A stretch of DNA of 64,000 nucleotides from Limnothrix sp. BL-A-16 (lineage in GTDB: Bacteria; Cyanobacteriota; Cyanobacteriia; CACIAM-69d), in assembly GCA_041937175.2 (NCBI GenBank), contig CP166615.1:2496001-2560000 (forward strand), written 5' to 3'. Below the pieces are notes generated by a model, which saw only the letters and a program-made list of their open reading frames with translations, ran no database searches and was not told where the DNA came from. Shown one piece after another: positions 1 through 10,005 of this stretch; the stretch's first letter is position 1; each line of letters starts with the position of its first letter. The position numbers were made by a program, and so were the translations under genes.

Positions 1-409
1 TCCGGATCAGTTCATAAATTGACCTTGGGCACAGTAATGTTGCTATCTCAAGGGTTTGGAACTTTTCAGCCGCTCCGCAAGGGATGGTGCTAGGCGGGGC
101 AATTTAGAAACTGGCACGAAGACTTCACGAAATTTTTAAAAATCTTCAGCTTTAACAAGAGGTCGTATTATGAGATGGCAATTCCATCGAGACTCCAAGC
201 CCGATCGCCCCGAACAGGCTGACACTGGCGCGTAAACGTTTTTCATCACCAGACGCTCTGGCACTGTTGAGGGTGAAAGCGTGCAAACGACAGCGTTAAA
301 TCACTATCGACTTGGGATCGACTCGTTTGGGTATCTAACTCGCTTCATATAGACAGCCAGCCAGTGCATTCACCCGGGCTGTCGCTTTCCGAGACTCAGG
401 AGGCTTTTC

Positions 410-1297
410 GTGAAATCGTTGTTTTCTCGCGCTTCAGCCGCAACCCTGGCCGCCGTGAGCGCGGTGCTGGGATCGATGGTCTGTTTCCCGTCGATCGTGC
501 AGGCCCTGAGCACCGATGAAATTGTGCGGCGCTTGGATGTGGTGCCGTTGTTTTCTGTCACCCAAGAAAATGGCCAGCCCATTTTGGTGTTCCCCAAGCA
601 ACAGGGCCAACCGGCCGCCGAACCCAAACCGGCTGATGGCGCAATTTTGCACTTTGTGGATCCAGAGGATGTGCGGGCCTTTGCGAATCGTGTTCAAAGC
701 GAAGCGCCGCCTGAATCCCGCAAAGTTAGCTTGGCTCTGTTGACCCTGGGCCAGTTCTATCGGATGTGGACTGAGGCTCAAAATAAGCCGGAAATGCCCG
801 ACTTGGTGGTCACTCCCAGCAAGGAAGATGTGGAAGCGGCGATCGCGATTTTGAAGCAACAGGGCCAGTCCGTTGAGCAATTTGCGGGCATTCCGCTGTT
901 TTATGCCGTGGATCCCCAGGCGGAGGATGCGCCTCTGACGCTGCGGGCGGATAATCGCGAAGTGGTGCCGTTTTTCTTCAGCAAACGGGACTTGCAAGCG
1001 ATGCTGGATGATTACAAACAGCGTCAACCGGACATCATCAACCGGGCCCAACTGCGGGTCTTTACGCTGGATGGACTGATTGAGGAGCTGAAAAAGGCCA
1101 CGGATCCTAACTCGTTGGTGGGCAGTGTGCGCTTGATTCCGTCCTCTTCGGCAGCAGCGTTCTATATGCGGGCCATGCGATCGAACCAACCTGGCCAGCC
1201 CAATGGTCAGGGCGCTGGGCAGTCGGGTGCTCGTCCCGCCACTCCGGCTCCCGCGAGCGGGGCTGCTGGGTTGGGAGGACAACCGGCTAATCGCTAA
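410..1297 (+). CDS. Tic22-family periplasmic protein (copy 1)
   Basis: Signal peptide ending ...VQA, then LSTDEIVRRLDVVPLFSVT and GIPLFYA...VPFFFSKRDL motifs typical of cyanobacterial Tic22. Confidence 0.85.
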   Translation: MKSLFSRASAATLAAVSAVLGSMVCFPSIVQALSTDEIVRRLDVVPLFSVTQENGQPILVFPKQQGQPAAEPKPADGAILHFVDPEDVRAFANRVQSEAPPESRKVSLALLTLGQFYRMWTEAQNKPEMPDLVVTPSKEDVEAAIAILKQQGQSVEQFAGIPLFYAVDPQAEDAPLTLRADNREVVPFFFSKRDLQAMLDDYKQRQPDIINRAQLRVFTLDGLIEELKKATDPNSLVGSVRLIPSSSAAAFYMRAMRSNQPGQPNGQGAGQSGARPATPAPASGAAGLGGQPANR

Positions 1298-1319
1298 TCA
1301 CACCCGTTAAATGGTGTGC

Positions 1320-1363
1320 AAAACCGACCGGGGCAATTAGCGCACTGGTCGGTTTTGATTTTG
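1320..1363 (+). terminator. Stem-loop with T-tail between the two Tic22 genes
   Basis: AAAACCGACC...GGTCGGTTTT inverted repeat followed by GATTTT. Confidence 0.45.
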
Positions 1364-1421
1364 GAAAGTGGGTTAGCTCCTAGACTGGTTTGGGAATCGC
1401 CTTGGGCATGGAACCGGGCGC

Positions 1422-2222
1422 GTGAACGGTTTGATCAACAGGATGGAATGGACGATGGTGAGTTTGGGATTGCGAGAGCGTTGGCAATCAGTGCGATCGA
1501 ACTGGCGGCACTTGGCCGGAGGCTGGGCGATCGGCTCCCTGGCTTGGTTGGCAGCGATCGGCCCCTTGGCAGCGCTGCCCCCCGAGGAAATTGCCCGCAA
1601 ATTAGAAGCCGTGCCGGTTTTCGCCCTCACCGATGCCCAAGGTACGCCCGCCCTGATTGATGTGGGAAATGCCGATGGTCAGCGCACAACGGTAGCTCGG
1701 ATGTTTTTGAACCCACAAGATGCCCAAGAGTGGCTGAAGCGGCTGCAAGCGGGAGCAGTGAGTTCATCCAGTGAATTACGGGTCAATGCCATTCCCCTTT
1801 CGGCAATCTATGAGCTATTGCAGAAACCATCCACCGAATATCAATTGCAACTAATCCCTGATTTGGAAGAGGTGAAATTAGCCCGAGAACTGTTGGCATT
1901 AAATCAACAACCACCGGAAAAATTGCAGGGAATTCCACTCTTTTTGGTCACCGCGAGCGATGGGTCAGCCCCCACCTATGTCACGGTCGATCGGGATGGG
2001 ACAGAAGAAATTCGTTTTTATATGGATCGCGCCCAAGCGGAATTGGTAGCCAAAACCTTCGCGGAACAAAACCCCGAACTAGCCGCCACCGTTCAAATTC
2101 AGGTGGTGGATTTTGATGAGTTTCTTTCGGTTCTTTCGGAACGGGAAGATGAGTGGCTATCGCGGGTACGGATTATCCCTTCCCAAACTGCTCAGGCATT
2201 TTTTGAAACCATGGGCAATTAG
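1422..2222 (+). CDS. Tic22-family protein (copy 2); start uncertain
   Basis: ALPPEEIARKLEAVPVFALTD and GIPLFLV motifs, N-terminal hydrophobic signal. Confidence 0.8.
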   Translation: MNGLINRMEWTMVSLGLRERWQSVRSNWRHLAGGWAIGSLAWLAAIGPLAALPPEEIARKLEAVPVFALTDAQGTPALIDVGNADGQRTTVARMFLNPQDAQEWLKRLQAGAVSSSSELRVNAIPLSAIYELLQKPSTEYQLQLIPDLEEVKLARELLALNQQPPEKLQGIPLFLVTASDGSAPTYVTVDRDGTEEIRFYMDRAQAELVAKTFAEQNPELAATVQIQVVDFDEFLSVLSEREDEWLSRVRIIPSQTAQAFFETMGN

Positions 2223-2272
2223 GCTGTTTTTGAAAGCCACATCAATCTTGGACTGTTGATTAACCCCAACAC

Positions 2273-2305
2273 AAAGCCCCCACTCATGAACTGAGCAGGG
2301 GCTTT
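2273..2305. terminator. Probable bidirectional terminator between convergent tic22 and petA
   Basis: AAAGCCCC...GGGGCTTT inverted repeat. Confidence 0.5.
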
Positions 2306-2348
2306 GCGATCGGGCAATGAAGGCACGAAGGAACCTAGGCAGCAGATC

Positions 2349-3311
2349 CTAGAAGTTCATTTCGGCGGCTTGCACCTTTTCTACTTGCTTCTTCTTCAGA
2401 ACCAGCAGGATTTGGGTGATCATCACCGCCACAAACAACGCCAGCAGACCCAGAACGCGGTTGGGATCTTGCAGCACAATTTCCGTATCCATTTGGCCAA
2501 AGCCACCCACGTTCGGATCGTTGGTGATCGCTTGACCCGCCGTCACCACATCGCCTTCCTTGACGATCGGTTGGGGGCCAGCAGGGATCGCATCTTCCAC
2601 CGTCGAGCCATCTTCCTTGATGATGGTCACAAGGTAGCCACCATCATCGGTCTTGCCGATCGCGCCGATCGTGCCAGCGGCCGAAGCGTTAAAGACCGTG
2701 TTGTTGCTCTTGTCGCCCGTGGGGTAAACCTGACCACGGCCACGGTTGCCACCCACATGCACGGCGTACTTACCGAACTTGATCGCCTTGTCCTCAGCGG
2801 GGTTGGGCGACAGCACGGGGAACACGATTTCTTGGTATTGATCGCCGGGCAGCGGGCCCACAATCACCACGTTATCTTGACCTTCCGCGTAGGACTGATA
2901 GAACAGGCCTTCGGTCTTTTCCTTCAGTTCTTCGGGAATCCGGTCTTCGGGCGCAATCTTGAAGCCATCGGGCAGCATCAACACCGCACCCACGTTCAGG
3001 GGGCCGGGTTCACCGGTACCGGTGACTTGTTGCACGCTGGTATCGTAGGGAATCTTCACCACGGCTTCAAACACGGTGTCGGGCAGTACCGATTGGGGCA
3101 CTTCCACGATCGTTTCTTTCTTAGCCAGGTGGCAGTTGGCGCAAACAATCCGGCCGGTCGCTTCCCGGGGGGTTGCCGGAGCCACTTGCTGGGCCCAGAA
3201 CGGATAGGCCATGGCAGCCTGGGGAGCTACGAAGTCGCCACCGATCAACAGGGCGATCGCGGCGATCGCGGCGATCGCACCGCGAGTCAAAACCTTGAAA
3301 GCAGTCTTCAT
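2349..3311 (-). CDS. petA: Apocytochrome f
   Basis: YPFWAQQ mature N-terminus, CANCH heme motif, C-terminal TM plus [16 protein letters not shown]. Confidence 0.98.
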   Translation of the reverse strand: MKTAFKVLTRGAIAAIAAIALLIGGDFVAPQAAMAYPFWAQQVAPATPREATGRIVCANCHLAKKETIVEVPQSVLPDTVFEAVVKIPYDTSVQQVTGTGEPGPLNVGAVLMLPDGFKIAPEDRIPEELKEKTEGLFYQSYAEGQDNVVIVGPLPGDQYQEIVFPVLSPNPAEDKAIKFGKYAVHVGGNRGRGQVYPTGDKSNNTVFNASAAGTIGAIGKTDDGGYLVTIIKEDGSTVEDAIPAGPQPIVKEGDVVTAGQAITNDPNVGGFGQMDTEIVLQDPNRVLGLLALFVAVMITQILLVLKKKQVEKVQAAEMNF

Positions 3312-3363
3312 GAGTTGTCTAAAAAGTACGGTCAGCCGCAATATTGATGAGCAATTGTAGAAA

Positions 3364-3903
3364 TTACGACCACCAGGGTTCTTCGCCGGTGCGGAAGTCG
3401 GTTTCCGGCCAGGGGCTGAGGCTCACGTTGTCGTCATCAACCGACACGTGAGCCAAGGCGAGGGACAGGGGCGCGGGGCCGCGAACCACTTTGCCTTCGT
3501 TGTTGTATTGCGAGCCGTGGCAAGGGCAAATAAATTTATTGGCGCTGGCGTTCCAGGGCACGACGCAACCGAGGTGGGTGCAAACGGCGTTCAAACCGTA
3601 ATCGGCGATCGCTTCTTTGCTGTTCACGATCAGATAGGTGGGGTCGCCCTTGAGGCCTTGGACTAACACCCGATCGCCCACATTGTGCTCAGCCAGGAAC
3701 GAGCTGAGTTTGACGCTGTTGCCCAGAGCATCCTTAGCCGCTACGCCGCCACCAGTACCACCGGTCGAAGGGGGAATGAAGTAGCGCACAACGGGGTACA
3801 ACGCGCCCAGGGCGATACCCGTTGCCGAGCCAAAGGTCAGAAAATTCATGAACTGGCGGCGACCCATGCTGGGTACGTCCGCAGGGCTGGAAGCTTGAGC
3901 CAT
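3364..3903 (-). CDS. petC: Cytochrome b6f Rieske iron-sulfur subunit
   Basis: Tat motif RRQFMN, CTHLGC and CPCHGS Rieske boxes; upstream of petA. Confidence 0.98.
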   Translation of the reverse strand: MAQASSPADVPSMGRRQFMNFLTFGSATGIALGALYPVVRYFIPPSTGGTGGGVAAKDALGNSVKLSSFLAEHNVGDRVLVQGLKGDPTYLIVNSKEAIADYGLNAVCTHLGCVVPWNASANKFICPCHGSQYNNEGKVVRGPAPLSLALAHVSVDDDNVSLSPWPETDFRTGEEPWWS

Positions 3904-4130
3904 AATGCCTACTCGCGTGCCTTCTCTTGGGGGTTCTATAACGAATCTTAAAGATTGTATGACTGCAAGGGTGGGGTTTGAACGGGCCAAACAAAGCCAC
4001 CGCAATTGCTAGGGTATTATTGCATCTCTCGGGCCAGGTGATCGCGTTGCTGAGGGGCGATCGGGCGGTCGTAACAGATCCGTATAAAACTTCATATTGC
4101 GTTACAAATAATTACTACTCATCTCCTTCA

Positions 4131-4402
4131 ACAAGGGGCTGAGAGCCTGTCATCGAATCGTCTAAAACCCTGATTCCACCGTTACGATCTCGTGGGGGAC
4201 AAAGGGCTGAGAGCCTGTCATTGAATCGTCTAAAACCCTGACTCCACCGTTACGATCTCGTGGGGGACAAGGGGCTGAGAGCCTGTCATTGAATCGTCTA
4301 AAACCCTGACTCCACCGTTACGATCTCGTGGGGGACAAGGGGCTGAGAGCCTGTCATCGAATCGTCTAAAACCCTGATTCCACCGTTACGATCTCGTGGG
4401 GG
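4131..4402. repeat. Tandem array of four 68-bp units
   Basis: Units start at 4131, 4199, 4267 and 4335 (ACAAGGGGCTGAGAGCCTGTCATYGAATCGTCTAAAACCCTGAYTCCACCGTTACGATCTCGTGGGGG); no unique spacers. Confidence 0.97.
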
Positions 4403-4488
4403 ACAAGGGGCTTAAGCCCCTTGTTGCGACGATTGGGGCACGGAAAATTAACTGTTTCAGCCTCGCATCAAGAAATGACGACAGTCCC
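4347..4488 (+). mobile_element. ~142-bp MITE-like element, copy A
   Basis: Imperfect 13-bp terminal inverted repeats GAGCCTGTCATCG/TGACGACAGTCCC, central palindrome at 4403-4424; homologous to 15949-16089 and 41759-41900. Confidence 0.7.
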
Positions 4489-4570
4489 TAAAGCCCCTTG
4501 TTGTCCTGGGGCCGGTTTCAAACCGACCCAAACCCCGCCACACCCTTTATCACCATCACTCGATCGCGCC

Positions 4571-4888
4571 ATGACAGGTCAGGACTTACACCAATGGATT
4601 GTGGACAAGTGGGGCTTTTCCTACGATGTGCAAGTCCGCAAAATCAAAGACAAAATTTTTGTGCAGGTGATGTGGCGCTACCTAGAGCAAGTGTCGTTTC
4701 CGATGACGGAAGCGGAATATTTTGAGCATCTGTCCACGGTGGCCACCTACATCCAAGGCTGGGGCGCGGCGGAGCAGGTGCGATCGTTTATTCAAAACAC
4801 CAAGAACCGCCCCCGGCAAGGTAAGGCCGTGAGCATCCCGATCGACTTAGGCGATCGGGCCTCGGAATGGTTGTTGGATATGCCCTAG
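4571..4888 (+). CDS. DUF3067-family conserved protein
   Basis: KWGFSYDVQ...QVMWRYLEQVSFP...RPRQGKAVSIP motif pattern. Confidence 0.85.
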   Translation: MTGQDLHQWIVDKWGFSYDVQVRKIKDKIFVQVMWRYLEQVSFPMTEAEYFEHLSTVATYIQGWGAAEQVRSFIQNTKNRPRQGKAVSIPIDLGDRASEWLLDMP

Positions 4889-5586
4889 GGCTTGGTCGCC
4901 ACCAACACGCCCATCAAGCCGCCCACCAAGGGATAGTGCCGCACGGATTGGAAGCCGATCGCCCTGGCTCGTTCCACCTGCTCGCGCCCCACGGGAAACC
5001 GCTGCAAACTCGGCAGGATGTATTCATATTCAGCCGTTGCGCCAAACTGCTGGGCGACGGGAACCACCAGCCGATCGAGATAAAGTTGCTGAAATTGCTG
5101 GGCGATCGCGCTGTCGGGTCGATGGAAATCCAGAGCCGCCAGGGTCGCGCCGGGTTTCAGGACACGATATAGCTCCCGCAGGGCTTGGTCAAAGTCGGTC
5201 ACATTCCGCAAGCCGTAGCCCACCGTGGCGCAGTCAAATTCCCGATCAGCAAAGGGCAAATTCAGCGCATCCGCTTCCACCCAGGCGATCGGGGCCAACG
5301 GCCGAAACCCTTGGGGCCGCTCCCGAGCGCGATCGAGCATTTGTGCCGAAAAGTCCGCCCCCACCACCTGACCGCCGGGGCCCACCGCTGCCGCCAACTG
5401 CAGAGCTAGGTCACCGCTGCCGCAACAGAGATCCAACGCGCGATCGCCCGGTTTTGCGCCGCTCCATTTCACGGTCATCTGTTTCCAAACCCGATGCAAC
5501 CCGAAGCTCAACCAATCGTTGAGATCGTCATAAACGGGTGCAATTCGGTTAAAGATGCCTTGGACGCGATCGGCGGAAGCAGTCAT
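4885..5586 (-). CDS. menG: UbiE/MenG-family quinone methyltransferase
   Basis: FNRIAPVYDDLNDWLSFGLHRVWK, SAM motif LDLCCGSGD, GYGLRNV. Confidence 0.9.
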   Translation of the reverse strand: MTASADRVQGIFNRIAPVYDDLNDWLSFGLHRVWKQMTVKWSGAKPGDRALDLCCGSGDLALQLAAAVGPGGQVVGADFSAQMLDRARERPQGFRPLAPIAWVEADALNLPFADREFDCATVGYGLRNVTDFDQALRELYRVLKPGATLAALDFHRPDSAIAQQFQQLYLDRLVVPVAQQFGATAEYEYILPSLQRFPVGREQVERARAIGFQSVRHYPLVGGLMGVLVATKP

Positions 5587-5660
5587 AGAAACCCGAAAAA
5601 TCCAAAAATTATGGTTGTCTTGAATCGTTTTAAAAAAAGGGAAATCAACCCCCAATTCCC

Positions 5661-5835
5661 GTAGGGGCGCACTGATGTGCGCCCTCGATCGATTAAGCCA
5701 TTCAGCAATCAAGTCCGCCGATTGAAGGTGTTGGAATCGATTGGTCGATCAATGCCGCAATGACCGAGGGCGCAAGCGTTGCGCCCCTACCAGATTGAAT
5801 TGAATTGATCGAGGGCGCAAGCGTTGCGCCCCTAC
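5661..5835. repeat. Cluster of three GTAG-type REP hairpins
   Basis: GTAGGGGCGCA-N-TGCGCCCTC at 5661 (+), and at 5766-5790 and 5811-5835 (-). Confidence 0.8.
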
Positions 5836-5848
5836 CGGGGCGACTTGC

Positions 5849-6688
5849 TTAATCGACGAAGGCCGATCGCGCCTGTTGGGTTTGTTCATAGCAGGTTTGG
5901 AGCGCGGCCCAATCCTGTTGATCGATTGCCCCGATGATCTGATCCAGTTGGTCACGATAGCGCTGGAGCGATCGCAGCAATTCCGGCCGGTTGAATTGGG
6001 CCATCATCACCCCCAACTCCGGATTGCCACCGCCAACCCGACTAGTATCCCGAAATCCCGAACTGGCCAGGGATTGGGCCAGAGCAAGAGTTTCGGAATC
6101 CGGCTCCGCTCCGCAGGCCGCAATCAGGCTGGCGCTAATCGCCACGGGCAAATGGGAAATCCAAGCCACGGCCCGATCGTGCTGTTCCGGGGTGCAACGG
6201 TACAGGGTCGATCGCAAATCCTGGGCGATCGCCGTGACGCGGGCGATCGCTTCGGCCGGGGTGCGATCGGTCGGCGTAATTGCAAAGGGACGACCCACAA
6301 ACAAGTCCGGCAGGGCCGCTTCGATGCCGCTGTCCGCCGTGCCCGCCATCGGATGGGCCCCGACAAAGTTCGGCCAAAGGGGTTCGATCGCTTGGACAAT
6401 CGCCTGTTTCACCGACCCCACATCGGTCAACACCGTACTGGGGCTGAGGCGGGGAATCAGTTGGCGCACCGTGGGTTCGATCGCCCCGATCGGCGTACAT
6501 AAAATCACCAGATCAGCATCGGCCAGCAGCGACAGTTCACAGCCCGCCCGATCGGCGATTCCTAGTTCGATCGCCCGATCGGCCGTTTCCGGTCGTCGCG
6601 CCACCCCAAAAATTTCGTGACCCAAAGGCCGCAAGGCCAAGCCCAGCGACCCACCAATCAACCCCAAGCCAATCACACCAACCTTCAT
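5849..6688 (-). CDS. tyrA: Prephenate/arogenate dehydrogenase
   Basis: GLGLIGGS Rossmann motif, DVGSVK, HPMAG, SHLP, GFRDTSR. Confidence 0.93.
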   Translation of the reverse strand: MKVGVIGLGLIGGSLGLALRPLGHEIFGVARRPETADRAIELGIADRAGCELSLLADADLVILCTPIGAIEPTVRQLIPRLSPSTVLTDVGSVKQAIVQAIEPLWPNFVGAHPMAGTADSGIEAALPDLFVGRPFAITPTDRTPAEAIARVTAIAQDLRSTLYRCTPEQHDRAVAWISHLPVAISASLIAACGAEPDSETLALAQSLASSGFRDTSRVGGGNPELGVMMAQFNRPELLRSLQRYRDQLDQIIGAIDQQDWAALQTCYEQTQQARSAFVD

Positions 6689-6779
6689 AGGTCTCCAGTC
6701 CCAAAACAATGGGGCACGGCACAGCCGCACCCCAACCCCACAGCAGTCTTAATAATCCAAATAATCCGATGGCTGGCCC

Positions 6780-6950
6780 CTAGGAAACCACGAAGGCGAT
6801 CGCCATCACCCCGAGCACCAATCCCAGGCCCAGAGCGCCCAAAACCACATAGTTCCGCTTTTCCGTTGAAGAGGGCGTGTCAGCGGTATACATCTTTGGC
6901 TCTTTGGCGAAATTATTCAGGCGACCGCCATCTTCCGTGGTGTAAGGCAT
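6780..6950 (-). CDS. psb34: Photosystem II assembly protein Psb34 (Ssl1498 family), 56 aa; not in the ORF track
   Basis: Manual translation MPYTTEDGGRLNNFAKEPKMYTADTPSSTEKRNYVVLGALGLGLVLGVMAIAFVVS*: LNNFAxEP motif plus a single C-terminal TM helix. Confidence 0.9.
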   Translation of the reverse strand: MPYTTEDGGRLNNFAKEPKMYTADTPSSTEKRNYVVLGALGLGLVLGVMAIAFVVS

Positions 6951-7036
6951 TTGTTACAGTCCTTTGCAATTGTTAGCAACACAGCATTAATTCGCCACTG
7001 TAACAAACATCGACCGGTCTCGGTCAAGGATCGTCC

Positions 7037-7897
7037 CTAGCCGCTGGTCACCAACCCGGTCAGGGGCGAGCTGGCGCTGGCCAATCCCTTCACCGGAATT
7101 CGCCCGGCCAAGTAGCCCAACCGACCGGCCGCCGTACCCATGGCCATGGCGCGGGCCATGGCGGCGGGGTTTTGGGCCTGGGCGATCGCCGTGTTGATCA
7201 ACACAGCCGAAGCGCCTAGCTCCATCGCCTGGGTGGCTTCGCTGGGCGTGCCAATGCCCGCATCCACCACCACAGGCACCTTGGCGTTTTCCACAATGAT
7301 TTGAATATTGGCGGCATTTTTTAGGCCCTGGCCCGAGCCGATCGGGGAGCCCAAGGGCATCACCGTGGCGCAACCCGCCTCTTCCAAATGCTTGGCCAAG
7401 AGCGGATCAGCATTGATGTAGGGCAGCACGGCAAAGCCTTCTTTCACCAACTGTTCGGCGGCCCGCAAGGTTTCGATCGGGTCGGGCAGCAGGTATTTCA
7501 AATCGGGAATCACCTCCAACTTCACGAAGTTGTTGTCCTCCTGGCCCAGCAGCTTGGCCATCTCGCGCCCCAGCCGCGCCACCCGAATCGCCTCATCGGC
7601 CGTTTGACAACCGGCCGTGTTGGGCAGCATCCAAATTTTTGACCAGTCGATCGCCTCGGCCAAGCCCTCATGGCCCGGGGCTTGGGTCTGCACCCGGCGC
7701 ACAGCCACGGTCACAATTTCGCAGTCACTCGCGGCAATGCAGGCCTGCATTTGCTCGATGCTGCGATATTTACCCGTGCCGGTCATCAGGCGCGATCGAA
7801 AGGTGCGACCGGCGATCGTCAGGGGCAAATCAGACACCAAATCCGTGGGGATCCAATCTTGGGTCGCAAGCGTCGGTGCGTTGGAAATCTGCGTCAT
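7037..7897 (-). CDS. thiG: Thiazole synthase
   Basis: [39 protein letters not shown]. Confidence 0.97.
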   Translation of the reverse strand: MTQISNAPTLATQDWIPTDLVSDLPLTIAGRTFRSRLMTGTGKYRSIEQMQACIAASDCEIVTVAVRRVQTQAPGHEGLAEAIDWSKIWMLPNTAGCQTADEAIRVARLGREMAKLLGQEDNNFVKLEVIPDLKYLLPDPIETLRAAEQLVKEGFAVLPYINADPLLAKHLEEAGCATVMPLGSPIGSGQGLKNAANIQIIVENAKVPVVVDAGIGTPSEATQAMELGASAVLINTAIAQAQNPAAMARAMAMGTAAGRLGYLAGRIPVKGLASASSPLTGLVTSG

Positions 7898-8293
7898 GGA
7901 AAATCCTGGCTGGAAATAAGCTGAGAGGGCGAACCCTTATTGTCTAACCAGTCGGACGCTCAAGGGGGTGGGATTTTGCGATCGGCTGGGGGCAGTTCTC
8001 GCGATCGTTGCGATCGTCCTGCGCCATCTCTTTGAGTCCCTTGGGCGCTGAAGTTGCACGAAAACCGGAGTACGATCGAATTGCGCTGGATTTGTTTTGC
8101 TGGATTCTTAACTTCAGCGAACCATCGGCCAATGATGAGCAGAGTTTGGATGCTACTTGATCCAGAAATTGATCATCAATTGCCCTTCATATGGTTATTT
8201 TTGGAGTTTAAATTATCTTTGCTTTGGTCTTGTTTGCTTTGATCTGGACTGATTGGATTTTGACTGATTGTTGCTGTTTTCTTGTCGCGTCCT

Positions 8294-9013
8294 ATGGCCG
8301 GAACTGAATCCTCGATCGCCCCACCCACTAGCACGCTCAACGCTCCGATCTTGCTCGTGGAAAGTGATGATTCGATCCTCGATCGGGCCATGACGGATCT
8401 CAAAAACGCCGGGTATGCCGTCGCCACGGCCAAGGATGCCCAAGCCGGTTTGACCTATGCGCGAGACTTACCCGTCTCCCTGATCGTGGTCGATCGGCTG
8501 CTGGTGCCTGGTGAATCGGGGCTGTGGCTATGTAATCAACTGCGCGAGCTGGGGAACGTGGCCCCCGTGTTGCTGATCATGGCCCGCGATGAAGTGGAAG
8601 ACCGGGCCGCTTGCCTGGAAGCCGGGGCCGATGACTATTTGCTCAAACCCTACCGCAGTGAAAAATTACTGGAATTGGTGCGGCTGTACCTACGCCCCAC
8701 GGAAACGGGCACACCCCTGCTGCACTTTGCCGATTTGGCCTTGGATCTCGATCGCCGCACCGCTATCCGCAATGGCCACACGATCGCCCTAACCATGAAG
8801 GAATTTGAGCTGTTGCGCTACTTGATGGAAAACCCGCGCGAAGTGCTCACCCGCGAGCAAATTCTCGAAAACGTTTGGGGCTACGACTTCATGGGCGAAT
8901 CAAACATCATCGAAGTCTATGTGCGCTATTTGCGTCTAAAACTCGAAGACGAAAGCCAAAAACGCCTGATCCAAACCGTGCGCGGCGTGGGCTATGTACT
9001 TCGAGAAACCTAG
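8294..9013 (+). CDS. nblR: OmpR-family response regulator NblR
   Basis: Atypical receiver (LLVESDD, VVDRLL..GESGL, IMARD, ACLEAGADDY) plus winged helix LTMKEFELL...VWGYDFMGESN. Confidence 0.85.
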   Translation: MAGTESSIAPPTSTLNAPILLVESDDSILDRAMTDLKNAGYAVATAKDAQAGLTYARDLPVSLIVVDRLLVPGESGLWLCNQLRELGNVAPVLLIMARDEVEDRAACLEAGADDYLLKPYRSEKLLELVRLYLRPTETGTPLLHFADLALDLDRRTAIRNGHTIALTMKEFELLRYLMENPREVLTREQILENVWGYDFMGESNIIEVYVRYLRLKLEDESQKRLIQTVRGVGYVLRET

Positions 9014-9143
9014 GCGATCGCCCATCTAGCCTGATTCAACAAAGTAATCCTCAGCAAACACCATTCCATAAACGCAATCCAACAAATACCACTGAGCAGG
9101 AGACCCAAAAGCTCACCCACAATTCAGAACCGATCCAGAAAAG

Positions 9144-9243
9144 ACAAGGGGCTTAAGCCCCTTGCTCCCGGCGCAATTAGAATCACCACAAATTCAGCCA
9201 ACCCTCAACGGAAATATAAAAAACAAGGGGCTTAAGCCCCTTG
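9144..9243. repeat. Two stand-alone copies of the palindrome CAAGGGGCTTAAGCCCCTTG between convergent genes
   Basis: Perfect 20-bp palindromes at about 9145-9164 and 9224-9243. Confidence 0.9.
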
Positions 9244-9323
9244 CCTTCGCAATTTTGTAACACCAGAATCAAGGGTTTAGGACTCTAATTTGGAATCCTG
9301 GTTTTTGATTCTGAAGCTGAAGC

Positions 9324-9743
9324 CTAGTGCTCAATTTTCACAGACAGAATCTTGTCATTGGCACGGATTGCATTCACCACATCCATGTCCTCCGTGCGAC
9401 CAAACACCGTATGCACACCGTCCAAGTGCGATTGGGGCGAATGGCAAATGAAGAATTGGCTGCCACCCGTGTCGCGACCGGCATGGGCCATCGACAGGCT
9501 TCCCGCCATGTGCTTGTTTGAATTAATTTCGCACTTGATCGTGTAGCCCGGGCCGCCGCGACCATCACCATTGGGACAGCCACCTTGGATCACAAAATTG
9601 GGGATTACGCGGTGGAAGGTCAGACCATCGTAAAAGCCCTTTTCCGACAGATCCACGAAGTTTTTCACCGTATTGGGAGCATCATTATCGAACAGCTCGA
9701 TATGAATCGTGCCCTTGGCGGTTTCCATAATGGCGCGCGTCAT
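9324..9743 (-). CDS. Cyclophilin-type peptidyl-prolyl isomerase
   Basis: [45 protein letters not shown]. Confidence 0.95.
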   Translation of the reverse strand: MTRAIMETAKGTIHIELFDNDAPNTVKNFVDLSEKGFYDGLTFHRVIPNFVIQGGCPNGDGRGGPGYTIKCEINSNKHMAGSLSMAHAGRDTGGSQFFICHSPQSHLDGVHTVFGRTEDMDVVNAIRANDKILSVKIEH

Positions 9744-10005
9744 GCGGTTGCCCCTTGTGTAGTCAGTTGAGATTGTTAGGTTGAATCCCTGGTGACGCGA
9801 TGCTGGAAATGGGCAATCACAACGAGGTAACCCACAGTCCGCAACTGTCGCCAAAGAATGCTGTCTGAGTTTACCGCTGCCGGGGAATTTCGATCCCCAT
9901 ACAAGGATTAATCTCTGCTTAATTCACCGTTATTTGACCGTTGATTAATCCTATGCATTCATGCCCGATCGCCCCGGGAATGAACACTGCATTCGCCCAG
10001 CTCGT

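Noticed and set aside
2304..3347. 347-aa plus-strand ORF
   Set aside because: Antisense shadow of petA
4131..4424. CRISPR array
   Set aside because: The units are near-identical along their whole length, with no unique spacers and no cas genes in the window
4421..4570. N-terminal extension of the DUF3067 ORF
   Set aside because: Runs through the repeat element; the conserved part starts at ATG 4571
5587..5712. N-terminal extension of menG
   Set aside because: Overlaps the REP cluster and is not methyltransferase-like
7915..7945. TPP riboswitch upstream of thiG (CTGAGA...ACCC)
   Set aside because: Wrong strand relative to thiG, and the ACCTGAT/GCG.AGG core is missing
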